Of a DNA stretch of 20,633 nucleotides, positions 13,878 to 20,633 are shown one piece after another. The stretch is from Anaerolineae bacterium (lineage in GTDB: Bacteria > Chloroflexota > Anaerolineae > VGOG01): positions 1-20,633 of the forward strand of contig JBAWAP010000138.1 of NCBI GenBank assembly GCA_049589355.1, in the 5' to 3' direction. Within the stretch, counting starts at the first letter, position 1. Every line of letters begins with the position of its first letter. A model generated the notes under the pieces. The model saw only the letters and a list, made by a program, of their open reading frames with translations, searched no databases and was not told the DNA's origin. The position numbers and the translations under genes are program-made.

Positions 13878-13883
13878 GTCATC

Positions 13884-14399
13884 TCACCATCCTTTTATGA
13901 ACTCTCGCCACTCTTTGTTTTCTTTCAAGTATCGGCCGAAGAGATAGCTGCTCGTGGCACGGGGTTCATAGGGATGCTGCAGCAACTGCATGTGTGCCTC
14001 CTGGAGAGCCCGGCCGCCCTTTCGACGGTTACAGGCTGGACAGGCGCTCACCAAATTTTCCCACTCATGCTGCCCTCCATGATGGCGTGGGACGACGTGA
14101 TCCACGGTCAAGTTCCTTGATTCTCGGCCACAATATTGGCAGGTGTAGTTGTCCCGCCGGAAGATCTCCTTCTTAGTGAGCTTCACCCGAGGGTAAGGTC
14201 GCCTGATCATATAGCCTAGCTTTATCACCGAGGGGCACAAAAAGGTAGTGGAGGGAGTACGGATGACCCCTCGGCTATTCTCCAAAACTTCGGCCTTACC
14301 CACCACGACCAAGATGATAGCCCGCTTGACGTTGCAGACGTTCAGCGGTTCGTAGTTTAAGTTGAGGACAAGAACTGGGGAATCTAACAGGCTGTTCAA
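13884..14399 (-). CDS. HNH endonuclease (McrA-like)
   Basis: CQYCG...DHVVPRHHGG...NLVSACPACNRRKG is the HNH motif with the Zn-binding Cys pairs. TTG start at 14399 with a GAGGAG RBS 6 nt upstream. Confidence 0.8.
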   Translation of the reverse strand: MNSLLDSPVLVLNLNYEPLNVCNVKRAIILVVVGKAEVLENSRGVIRTPSTTFLCPSVIKLGYMIRRPYPRVKLTKKEIFRRDNYTCQYCGRESRNLTVDHVVPRHHGGQHEWENLVSACPACNRRKGGRALQEAHMQLLQHPYEPRATSSYLFGRYLKENKEWREFIKGW

Positions 14400-14432
14400 C
14401 TGAGTCTCCTCTGGTTCTCAGATCTGTTGCCG

Positions 14433-14441
14433 ATTATAGCA
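14433..14441 (-). promoter_or_regulatory. Extended -10 element TGcTATAAT upstream of the HNH gene
   Basis: Minus-strand read gattgTGcTATAATcggcaacag, about 27 nt before the TTG start. No good -35. Confidence 0.35.
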
Positions 14442-14457
14442 CAATCTTTCAATTAGG

Positions 14458-15243
14458 TCAAAACCTGCTTTGCCACAGCCGCCTCAGGCGCACGTGCATT
14501 ACTAAAGTGTAGTAGGCCATCAAGAGGCTCAAGAGCAGCCCGTGAAAGCCATCTTTGTAGCCTTCCAATAAGATGTAGCGCCGCCTGAACTCCCTGAGGG
14601 GCTGCAAAATGAAGTTATGGGGCTTAGGCCGGACACCCTGGTCGAAGAGGATCCTGGCATCGTAATCAGTGTAGCGATTCTGCCTCTCGATGAATTGAGC
14701 CAAGGTTTCGTAATTGTAGTGAATCAGGGGATTCTCCAAGTACCCCTCCTCGCCATCCAAGATGACTAGCTCGTGAACTTCGCGCTTCGGATCGTAGCGG
14801 GCCTTGCCATGCCGCAGGAGGCGCAGTTGATGGTCGGGATACCAGCCGGCGTGGCGGATCACTCGGCCGAAGATATAATTGTGGCGTGGAACCCACCAGC
14901 CAGTTCGCGATTCATCCTGGATGACACGATGCACCTCGGCCGCCAGCTCCGGCGTGGCTCGCTCGTCAGCGTCAACAAAGAAGACCCAGTCGCTATCAAC
15001 AGTGTCCAGGGCAGCGTTGCGCTGCTGGGCGAAGTTCTGGAAAGGATGCTGGGCAACCGTCGCGCCCAATTCTTGCGCGATCTCCACCGTCCTATCCTGA
15101 CTGAAGGCATCGAAGACCACGACCTCATCGGCCCATTGCACGCTGGCGATGCAGTCGGCGATATTCTGCTCCTCATTTTTGGTGAGGATGATGACGGTTA
15201 GCTTTGGCCTGTTTTTCATCTCCGCCGTGAACGCGAGACTCAT
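14458..15243 (-). CDS. Family 2 glycosyltransferase (LPS core / KdtX-WaaE-like)
   Basis: LTVIILTKNEEQNIADCIASV...VVVFDAFSQDRT...FFVDADE (DxD) is typical GT2 architecture. The start is ambiguous between 15243 and 15219. Confidence 0.8.
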   Translation of the reverse strand: MSLAFTAEMKNRPKLTVIILTKNEEQNIADCIASVQWADEVVVFDAFSQDRTVEIAQELGATVAQHPFQNFAQQRNAALDTVDSDWVFFVDADERATPELAAEVHRVIQDESRTGWWVPRHNYIFGRVIRHAGWYPDHQLRLLRHGKARYDPKREVHELVILDGEEGYLENPLIHYNYETLAQFIERQNRYTDYDARILFDQGVRPKPHNFILQPLREFRRRYILLEGYKDGFHGLLLSLLMAYYTLVMHVRLRRLWQSRF

Positions 15244-15350
15244 AGATGATTGTTCGGCGTATGGAATGTGCCATTATGAATTGCGCATGCGAGGAGTTGC
15301 AGACTCACTCTTCCTCAGGCGTCTCCTGACAGGAGAGGCAGTTGCAGACT

Positions 15351-15424
15351 ACACTTTTCAAAGTGTAGTGCTTCAAAAGCAAGAACATCTGCGGTTCATG
15401 CGGACACCACACATTGAAATGTGT
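15351..15424. promoter_or_regulatory. Pair of 16-bp palindromes ACACTTTTCAAAGTGT (15351-15366) and ACACATTGAAATGTGT (15409-15424), 58 bp apart centre to centre, upstream of the GT2 gene; candidate operator pair
   Basis: Read directly; both fit ACAC-N8-GTGT with AT-rich centres. The flanking direct repeat agttgcagact occurs twice (15295-15305 and 15340-15350), and there is a ctcctgacaggag palindrome between them. Confidence 0.4.
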
Positions 15425-15524
15425 GGATTGAGGGTGTGATCGCTTGAAAGTCGGGCATGAGTCCATTGCGAACGCATCCCAATCAATGACGCACCCTCCA
15501 CGCTGACGCAGGGCCAAAACTCAT

Positions 15525-15737
15525 TTATGAGACTTGGTAGTAGGGATACATATCAATGATGTTCGCCCGCATGTATCGCCCTTTAGACTCGGCGTTCATC
15601 AGACCCTCATACTCTTCTGGGGGCACGTCCTCGTAGCGATAGATGTTCCCATTGTTGAAGACAACCTCCAGCGTCTGGGTCTCGGCGTCGTAGCCGACGG
15701 CGTGAATCATGCTGGATTCGACGGTTATCAGTTTCAT
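15525..15737 (-). CDS. KTSC-domain protein (70 aa)
   Basis: MKLITVESSMIHAVGYDAETQTLEVVFNNGNIYRYEDVPPEEYEGLMNAESKGRYMRANI is the canonical KTSC domain. The ATG at 15737 has a GAGGGGAGGGAG RBS. The upstream ATG at 15758 lies inside the repeat element and is rejected. Confidence 0.7.
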   Translation of the reverse strand: MKLITVESSMIHAVGYDAETQTLEVVFNNGNIYRYEDVPPEEYEGLMNAESKGRYMRANIIDMYPYYQVS

Positions 15738-15752
15738 TGGCTCCCTCCCCTC

Positions 15753-15896
15753 TGTCATTGCGAGCCCTTCGATACCTCAGGGTAAACTCCGCAAAGCAAT
15801 CTCCTCTTGTGTCATTGCGAGCGACCGTAGGGAGCGAAGCAATCCCCTCCGTCGCGGGCCGAGGATTGCTTCGTCGCTGTGCTCCTCGCAATGACA
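15753..15896. repeat. Tandem MITE/REP-like palindromic element: a half copy (15753-15806) plus a full nested-hairpin copy (15810-15896) built on tgtcattgcgag ... gcgaagcaatcc / ggattgcttcg ... ctcgcaatgaca
   Basis: Seen directly. The 12-bp outer arms 15810-15821 and 15885-15896 are reverse complements, as are the inner arms gcgaagcaatcc and ggattgcttcgc. The half copy repeats tgtcattgcgagc and gcaaagcaatc. The element sits between the KTSC start and the stop of the 15899-16876 gene. Confidence 0.75.
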
Positions 15897-15898
15897 TT

Positions 15899-16876
15899 TT
15901 ACGACATTTCTCTCACCGTCCGATAGGCTGCCAGACAGCTCTCCAACTCCGCTTCGCTGATCTCGCCTCGCTCATGCGCCGCTAGAGTTCGACGCGTCTC
16001 TGCTCGCAGCCCCAGTCGCACAATACGGCGCACGGCCCACTGATAGAAATGGCTATAGTGCTTCTCGAAGAGTAGATAGCGGCTTCTCCACAAAGCCACA
16101 AACATCTCTCCTCGTACCTGCTTGGTGCTCTTTGCCACGTGGTGCACAACCTCGGCCCTGGGCACGCAGTAGATACCCCAGCCAGCTTTTTTCATCCTCA
16201 TGCACCAATCTATCTCCTCGCAATAAATGAAGAACCTCTCGTCCAGGAGGCCCACCTCTTGGATGGCCTCCCCTCGCACCATCAGCGCCGCCCCAAGGGG
16301 GTGGTCAATAGGGAAAGGCTCCCCGCGCTCGTAGAGCCTGCGGGGGTAGCGACCGTTGAGGTGGGAGCCTAGCAGGCGATAGTGGAGGGGGAAAAAGTCG
16401 AGGAAAGCCTGGGCCAGGGTTGGGAAGGCAAAGGCCGAGTGTTGTAGGCGGTCATCGGGGTAGAGCAGCTTGGCTCCGGCCACACCGGCGTGGGGGTTCT
16501 CGTCCAGGAAACGCACCATCGTGGTGAGGGCATCATCGAGCACCTCGGTGTCGGGGTTCAGCAGAAGAACGTAGCGGGGCAGTTCGTGAGTCCCAGCCGA
16601 GGGAAACCCCATCGCTTGCAGAGCCTGGTTGTTAGCAGCGGCGAAGCCGGCGTTTGTCTCGTTGGCGATGAGCCTCGCCTGGGGGAAGCGCCCTCGCACC
16701 ATCTCGGCGCTTCCGTCCGTCGAGGCGTTATCCACCACCCACACCTCGCCCGTCAGATTCGAGCTCCTCAGGCTTTCGTACACCGAGGTCAGGCAACCCT
16801 CCAGCAACTCCCGCACGTTCCAACTGACGATCACAATGGCCAAGTCCAAAGGCAACCCTACTCCCTGCAAAAACAA
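15899..16876 (-). CDS. Family 2 glycosyltransferase (rhamnosyl/GlcNAc-transferase-like)
   Basis: AIVIVSWNVRELLEGCLTSV...VVDNASTDGS...LLNPD is the GT2 signature. The annotated start is a TTG; the true start is uncertain. TATAAT (16901-16906, minus strand) lies just upstream. Confidence 0.75.
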   Translation of the reverse strand: MFLQGVGLPLDLAIVIVSWNVRELLEGCLTSVYESLRSSNLTGEVWVVDNASTDGSAEMVRGRFPQARLIANETNAGFAAANNQALQAMGFPSAGTHELPRYVLLLNPDTEVLDDALTTMVRFLDENPHAGVAGAKLLYPDDRLQHSAFAFPTLAQAFLDFFPLHYRLLGSHLNGRYPRRLYERGEPFPIDHPLGAALMVRGEAIQEVGLLDERFFIYCEEIDWCMRMKKAGWGIYCVPRAEVVHHVAKSTKQVRGEMFVALWRSRYLLFEKHYSHFYQWAVRRIVRLGLRAETRRTLAAHERGEISEAELESCLAAYRTVREMS

Positions 16877-16915
16877 GATGTTCCGCCGATGTCCAGTTCA
16901 ATTATACTTACGGTG

Positions 16916-16952
16916 GGGCAAAAAGCAAGCCCCCGTCGAGGCGACAGGGGCT
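16916..16952 (-). terminator. Intrinsic terminator downstream of the SPFH gene
   Basis: The minus strand reads agcccctgtcgcctcgacgggggct followed by tgctttttgcccc: a GC stem with one bulge, then a U-tract. Confidence 0.5.
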
Positions 16953-16983
16953 CCATGCTTTTCTTTAATAGCGGAGGCGGTAG

Positions 16984-18273
16984 TCAATCCGCCTCCCCCT
17001 CACCAGCCCTGATCTTCTTTTGCCCCCACGGCCGCGAAGGTCCCTTTTCCATGGCCTCAAGAAGCATTCGGTCTAATGAGGGTGGAAGGATGCCAGATTC
17101 CCCGATCCTCTCAAGATAGCGGAGGAGAGCATAGTCAGTAACATCTCCTCCGGTGCGGGATATGAACTCTTTGATGCGTTCATTCTCAGCTTCAGCTTTT
17201 TGGTATTCTATCTGCTCTTCCCTTATGGCCTTTTCGAGGGCTAGCGCCTGCTCCTCTAGCTCCTCTGGCGCTGCTATGTCGAGTTCCACCTTATGGATTT
17301 TCACGCCCCAGGCAGGGGTTATTTCACCCAAGGAATCTTGTAACTTGTCCCTGAGGCGATGCACACGAGTATCAACGCCTGGCCTCGAGGAAAGTTTCTT
17401 CAGAGGGTCATAGATTTCCCCAAGATAATATCTACACACCATATCCCGGAGAAGGGCGAGGCTAGTTTCCATCGTATATGCTCTCCAGTCTGGCACAACA
17501 TAGACTGCATGGAGCACCGCTTCCTCAGAGAAGGGATACATGTCTTCGGCTGTGGGCAAGCGCCCACCCGAATCGATCTGAAAGCACACCTTTACCTCTA
17601 TGGTCAAAGGGATGCCGTCTTTGGTAAAAAACGTCTCCGTCCTGTTTTCTATTTGCATGGTCAGATCAACAACAGCACGTATAAGTTCGAAAGGCCTTTT
17701 ACGAACAAAACTCGGCGGTGCCACCCGGCTGGGGCGACCAAAGCGTTCAAAGACAGCAGCATTTCCGTGATAGATAATCGTATAGCCGATCGATCTAAAG
17801 GGCGCGAGCATGCCCCTCCGTTTTATGGTCCTCACTTCGCCTCTGCTGACGATCTCAAGAGCCCCTGCACGCTCAAGCAACAGGGAAGTTACCAGGTAGA
17901 CAAAAGATCCCCACCGGTCACCTCCATGAGAAACAAGGATTATCTCAGAGCATAAGAAGAACGCAGAAAGGACCACCGAGAGCCAGGCCATAAGCCCCGT
18001 CGTCCCTCCAATAGCGAAGAAGGCGATCTCCTCAGCTATAGTTATTCCGGGTGGCTTTGGTCCCCTAGCCCTGCCTACAAAACCGCCAATCACAAATGAA
18101 AGGGTAAAGGTAACAACAAGTATGGCACGGGCTAAGCCCGGCGCACGGGCAATGCGATAAGAAAGAATAGCAACTGCCACAATCACCGCCCCAACTGTAA
18201 ATCCTGTGAGCCCACCCAGGACGTAAGAGAGAATCACCACAACTAGGGCGCTAAGGGCAATGAGTCTTTTCAT
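16984..18273 (-). CDS. SPFH/band-7 (stomatin/prohibitin-like) membrane protein with a multi-TM N-terminal domain and coiled-coil C-terminus
   Basis: Several hydrophobic helices are followed by an SPFH core (VFERFGRPSRV...TKDGIPLTIEVKVCFQIDSG) and a Glu-rich coiled coil. Start taken as the ATG at 18273 with a GGAGGTG RBS 5 nt upstream. Confidence 0.75.
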   Translation of the reverse strand: MKRLIALSALVVVILSYVLGGLTGFTVGAVIVAVAILSYRIARAPGLARAILVVTFTLSFVIGGFVGRARGPKPPGITIAEEIAFFAIGGTTGLMAWLSVVLSAFFLCSEIILVSHGGDRWGSFVYLVTSLLLERAGALEIVSRGEVRTIKRRGMLAPFRSIGYTIIYHGNAAVFERFGRPSRVAPPSFVRKRPFELIRAVVDLTMQIENRTETFFTKDGIPLTIEVKVCFQIDSGGRLPTAEDMYPFSEEAVLHAVYVVPDWRAYTMETSLALLRDMVCRYYLGEIYDPLKKLSSRPGVDTRVHRLRDKLQDSLGEITPAWGVKIHKVELDIAAPEELEEQALALEKAIREEQIEYQKAEAENERIKEFISRTGGDVTDYALLRYLERIGESGILPPSLDRMLLEAMEKGPSRPWGQKKIRAGEGEAD

Positions 18274-18328
18274 CACAACACCTCCGAAATGTTGCCTGCC
18301 TGCCGAGGTCGTCCAACCCATCATAACT

Positions 18329-18337
18329 ACTATACCA
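18329..18337 (-). promoter_or_regulatory. Candidate extended -10 (TGgTATAGT) for the SPFH gene
   Basis: Minus strand: caatttgTGgTATAGTagttatgatggg, about 50 nt upstream of the ATG. Confidence 0.3.
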
Positions 18338-18783
18338 CAAATTGGCCTAAATAGGAAGTTTCCCCTTGCTCAGGTAGTGTATCCTTGATATTCAGGAAAT
18401 TCCGCGCCAATAAGAATGGTGGTCTGAGGTGGTCATTACCCTGAAAATGCTTCAAAACAGAGTGGTTTTTGGTATCCGCGTGGAGGTTTAGGCTGCTTTG
18501 AGCACCTACATCCAAATTTCCTAAGGGAAAGATACACTATCCTTGCTCAAGCCTGCTTGTTCCGACTGAAGGGAATAGCTGGGGGGAGAACGAGCTCTTG
18601 GCCTAAAAGGGGGTCTAGTTGGAGTCAGTAACCGGACCAGCTGCTGCAGAAAGGCCCGAAGAGGATCAGAATGCGAGCCTCTCGAAGACGAATAATTGCC
18701 TTCCATCATCTGGTTCTTCTCCCTGTCGTTACGTTGAGATCTAGCCGATCTAGACACCCAAGTGTACCTGAAGAGATTAGCGA

Positions 18784-19335
18784 CTACAACAGAGTTACAC
18801 TAGCAGTTAGAATGGCGGCACCAAGAACCAGCAACGCCAGCGCGGTAGTAGAATTCTTAGCCGGGACCCGAGTACGTTGCAGGAGACCGGGGAAAGGAAC
18901 TACCCGGCGATTTTCTTGGGTGACTCCAGCAGCGGCTTGCTTCTCCTGTCTCAAGAGAGCAAAGCCAGCGCAAAAGAGACGGAAAGCCTCAGCACCGCCT
19001 AGCACAACAAAAACCCCAAGGCTAATCATCGCAGCTAGCTCGAACAACCTGGATTTGAGCTGGGCACCACGGTTCATGAGTTCCAGCTCTTTGGCTCGGC
19101 GCGCCCGGAGTGCCTCAAGATTTATGGTCGTTTCTTCCTGGATCCTCTTTAACTCGATTTGCCGAAGTTCTTGGTCAAACTTGTACTGGTCTGCAAGTGC
19201 ATCCGTCTCTACATCCATCCGGCGTGCTTCGGCAGTTCGGGTGTGTTGGTTGAGTATATCGGTTTGCGAGAGCGTGAACCCGAGTAAAACCGCGCCCAGC
19301 AGAACCACAATCGGGACGAACGATAAGGCTTTCAT
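18784..19335 (-). CDS. Hypothetical membrane-anchored coiled-coil protein (184 aa)
   Basis: The ATG at 19335 has a GGAGGAGG RBS. N-terminal TM helix (ALSFVPIVVLLGAVLLGF), a central charged coiled coil (ELRQIELKRIQEE...RARRAKELELMNRGAQLK), and C-terminal hydrophobic segments. Confidence 0.55.
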   Translation of the reverse strand: MKALSFVPIVVLLGAVLLGFTLSQTDILNQHTRTAEARRMDVETDALADQYKFDQELRQIELKRIQEETTINLEALRARRAKELELMNRGAQLKSRLFELAAMISLGVFVVLGGAEAFRLFCAGFALLRQEKQAAAGVTQENRRVVPFPGLLQRTRVPAKNSTTALALLVLGAAILTASVTLL

Positions 19336-19398
19336 TTCCCTTTCCTCCTCCCGGCACATGGCCGGCTAACCACAACTGCGGTCCTTCCATTGCGTCTT

Positions 19399-19767
19399 TC
19401 ACGCTGCATAACTTCGGGATCTACGTGCCTCTTGCTCGGCGCGCCGCTGGCACCTGACACAGCGGGTGACACCTACCAAGGTATCCAGCCGTGCAGTTTC
19501 AATGGGTTGACCACAGTCCTCGCACACATTGGCGAGCCCCTGAGCAACACGTTTCTCAGCATGTACCAATTCCCGGTGTTTTCGCCACAGGTACTGACAG
19601 AGCGCAATGGCTTTGGCTCGCTCCATCAGATCGTTGGCATTGTCGGCGTCATCGCCTCTCGAATCGGATCCCTGGCGCAACTGAATACTGAACTTCTCGG
19701 CTTGCGCCTGCACACGCTCAAGCTCCTCATAGATCTGACTGCGTCCTCGCAGACCTACTGTTGTCAT
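19399..19767 (-). CDS. DksA/TraR-family C4 zinc-finger protein
   Basis: C-terminal CEDCGQPIETARLDTLVGVTRCVRCQ (CxxC-x17-CxxC) with an upstream coiled-coil region, as in TraR/DksA/YbiI-type proteins. Confidence 0.7.
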   Translation of the reverse strand: MTTVGLRGRSQIYEELERVQAQAEKFSIQLRQGSDSRGDDADNANDLMERAKAIALCQYLWRKHRELVHAEKRVAQGLANVCEDCGQPIETARLDTLVGVTRCVRCQRRAEQEARRSRSYAA

Positions 19768-19890
19768 TGGCTATGCCCCCCGTTTTGTTCGTGAGAGAAT
19801 AACAACCAAAGGTGTCCTTAGTCGCTGTGACTGCAAGCTCTCCGTACGAAAAGGTTCATGTCATTTCCTACAAGCTACTCGTATTATAAA

Positions 19891-19923
19891 CCAAAAAGGC
19901 CAGCCGTGTTGCTCACGGCTGGC
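19891..19923 (-). terminator. Rho-independent terminator of the OmpR-type regulator gene
   Basis: ggccagccgtg-ttgct-cacggctggcc is a perfect 11-bp stem. On the minus strand it is followed by uuuuugguuu. A TATAAT (19882-19887, minus strand) follows immediately and may serve the TraR-like gene. Confidence 0.65.
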
Positions 19924-20036
19924 CTGCAATTGTATGCGAACAGATGATAACTAGCTTGTACCTGTCACAGTTCTATAACGGAAAGATGTTGGTGTGGCAC
20001 CGAAAGATGACAAAAAGATGCGAGCAGAACACATCA

Positions 20037-20633
20037 TCACAGGTAGTCTTCATCCTCCTGGCAGAGCATGTAGCCCTTCCTGCGAATGGTACGGATGTAG
20101 CAGGGATGATCAGGGTCAGGCTCTATCTTGTTCCGCAGACGGCCTATGGTGGTGTTGATCCGATTCGCTTCTTGCTTGTTTCCTAGATATTTGCCTCCAA
20201 GCGCTTCCTCTACAATGAGGCGGCGCGTGCAGACTCGTCCAGCATTGTTGTACAAGCAGAGCAGCAGGTCGAATTCGGAGGAGCTCAGCCTCACTTGCCT
20301 CCCCTCGACCCATACCTGGCGACTGGCTTCGTCTATCCTGATCCCCCTTGTAAAGACAGAACCACCCCCAGGAGAGGCCTGTGCTATTTGCATCATCTTA
20401 CCCCAGATCATGGCTGCAGCGAGGAGAGCATGAGCCAGGCGAGCCATTTCCTGTCGGGTGTGCTTGAGATCAGGAGTGTAGCCTGCTACACTGCTCATGG
20501 CACAGAGAAGTAGCCCCTTGTAGTATGGTATAGGATCTCCTCCTCCGGAATGGAAAGCGAGACGTCGAATCTCCTGAACAACACTGAGAGCCTTTCGAAA
20601 CTGAGGGTCTATATCCTGGATATACAAACGTTC
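20037..20633 (-). CDS. Transcriptional regulator with a C-terminal OmpR/PhoB-type winged-helix DNA-binding domain; N-terminus lies beyond the window
   Basis: LSSSEFDLLLCLYNNAGRVCTRRLIVEEALG...NRINTTIGRLRNKIEPDPDHPCYIRTIRRKGYML is the trans_reg_C wing-helix. The frame stays open to the window edge. Confidence 0.6.
   Translation of the reverse strand, partial: ERLYIQDIDPQFRKALSVVQEIRRLAFHSGGGDPIPYYKGLLLCAMSSVAGYTPDLKHTRQEMARLAHALLAAAMIWGKMMQIAQASPGGGSVFTRGIRIDEASRQVWVEGRQVRLSSSEFDLLLCLYNNAGRVCTRRLIVEEALGGKYLGNKQEANRINTTIGRLRNKIEPDPDHPCYIRTIRRKGYMLCQEDEDYL

Noticed and set aside
15756-15758. Upstream ATG extending the KTSC protein (MTEGREP-).
   Set aside because: It lies inside the palindromic repeat element and lacks an SD. 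The ATG at 15737 has a strong GAGGGGAGGGAG RBS and gives the canonical KTSC N-terminus.
18671-19369. 232-aa plus-strand ORF (Ser/Arg-rich).
   Set aside because: Antisense to the 184-aa membrane coiled-coil gene, which has a good RBS. Composition is typical of a spurious frame.
1-20633. Looked for a CRISPR repeat-spacer array anywhere in the window, especially around the RAMP island.
   Set aside because: There is no series of 3 or more direct repeats of 24-40 nt separated by unique spacers of similar length. The only repetitive loci are a palindromic MITE-like element (15753-15896), two adjacent hairpins with no spacers (4924-4967) and coding low-complexity repeats.

Overview
This 20.6 kb window looks like chromosomal DNA from a high-GC (roughly 57%) Gram-negative-type bacterium, plausibly Chloroflexota-like, and is mostly housekeeping genes. 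Recognisable genes include a rimO 5' fragment, an HhH-GPD DNA glycosylase, a RodZ-like protein, rplI (L9), hutH, a ComF-family protein preceded by an unannotated Flp pilin, hpf, a low-molecular-weight protein-tyrosine phosphatase, an HNH endonuclease, two family-2 glycosyltransferases, a KTSC protein, an SPFH/band-7 protein, a DksA/TraR-family protein and a partial OmpR-type regulator. Embedded at about 4993-11311, all on the minus strand, is a compact island that I read as a previously undescribed RAMP-based effector locus. Its core is a 1073-aa single polypeptide with three Cas7-type RAMP domains (diagnostic motifs SPIYRGN...GAGKSKGLGRIRLE; IPGSTIKGAFR...LFG...LGGEKTSGFGWVKA; TPLHIQESG...SSRSIKGMLR...LFGWVG...YLGFGSLRL) and a roughly 300-aa helical insert. 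This resembles a miniaturised Cas7-11 (type III-E gRAMP). It is followed by a translationally coupled 294-aa protein of unknown function with a CxxC...CxxC zinc ribbon, and by a protein whose C-terminus carries a Cas6-like glycine-rich loop (HIGKQTHFGCG). It is preceded by a stand-alone rtcA (RNA 3'-phosphate cyclase). The window contains no CRISPR array, Cas10, Csm2/Cas11 stand-alone gene, Cas5, Cas1 or Cas2. The island is flanked by hutH and a flp-comF operon, and part of it (about 5000-6900) has visibly lower GC. Other points of interest are strong sigma70-like promoters that I could read directly (the gRAMP, rtcA, flp and PTP genes), a nested palindromic MITE/REP-like element that overlaps the KTSC start codon, a pair of 16-bp ACAC-N8-GTGT palindromes upstream of a glycosyltransferase gene, and several intrinsic terminators. 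All calls come from reading the sequence and ORF translations by eye. No database search was run.
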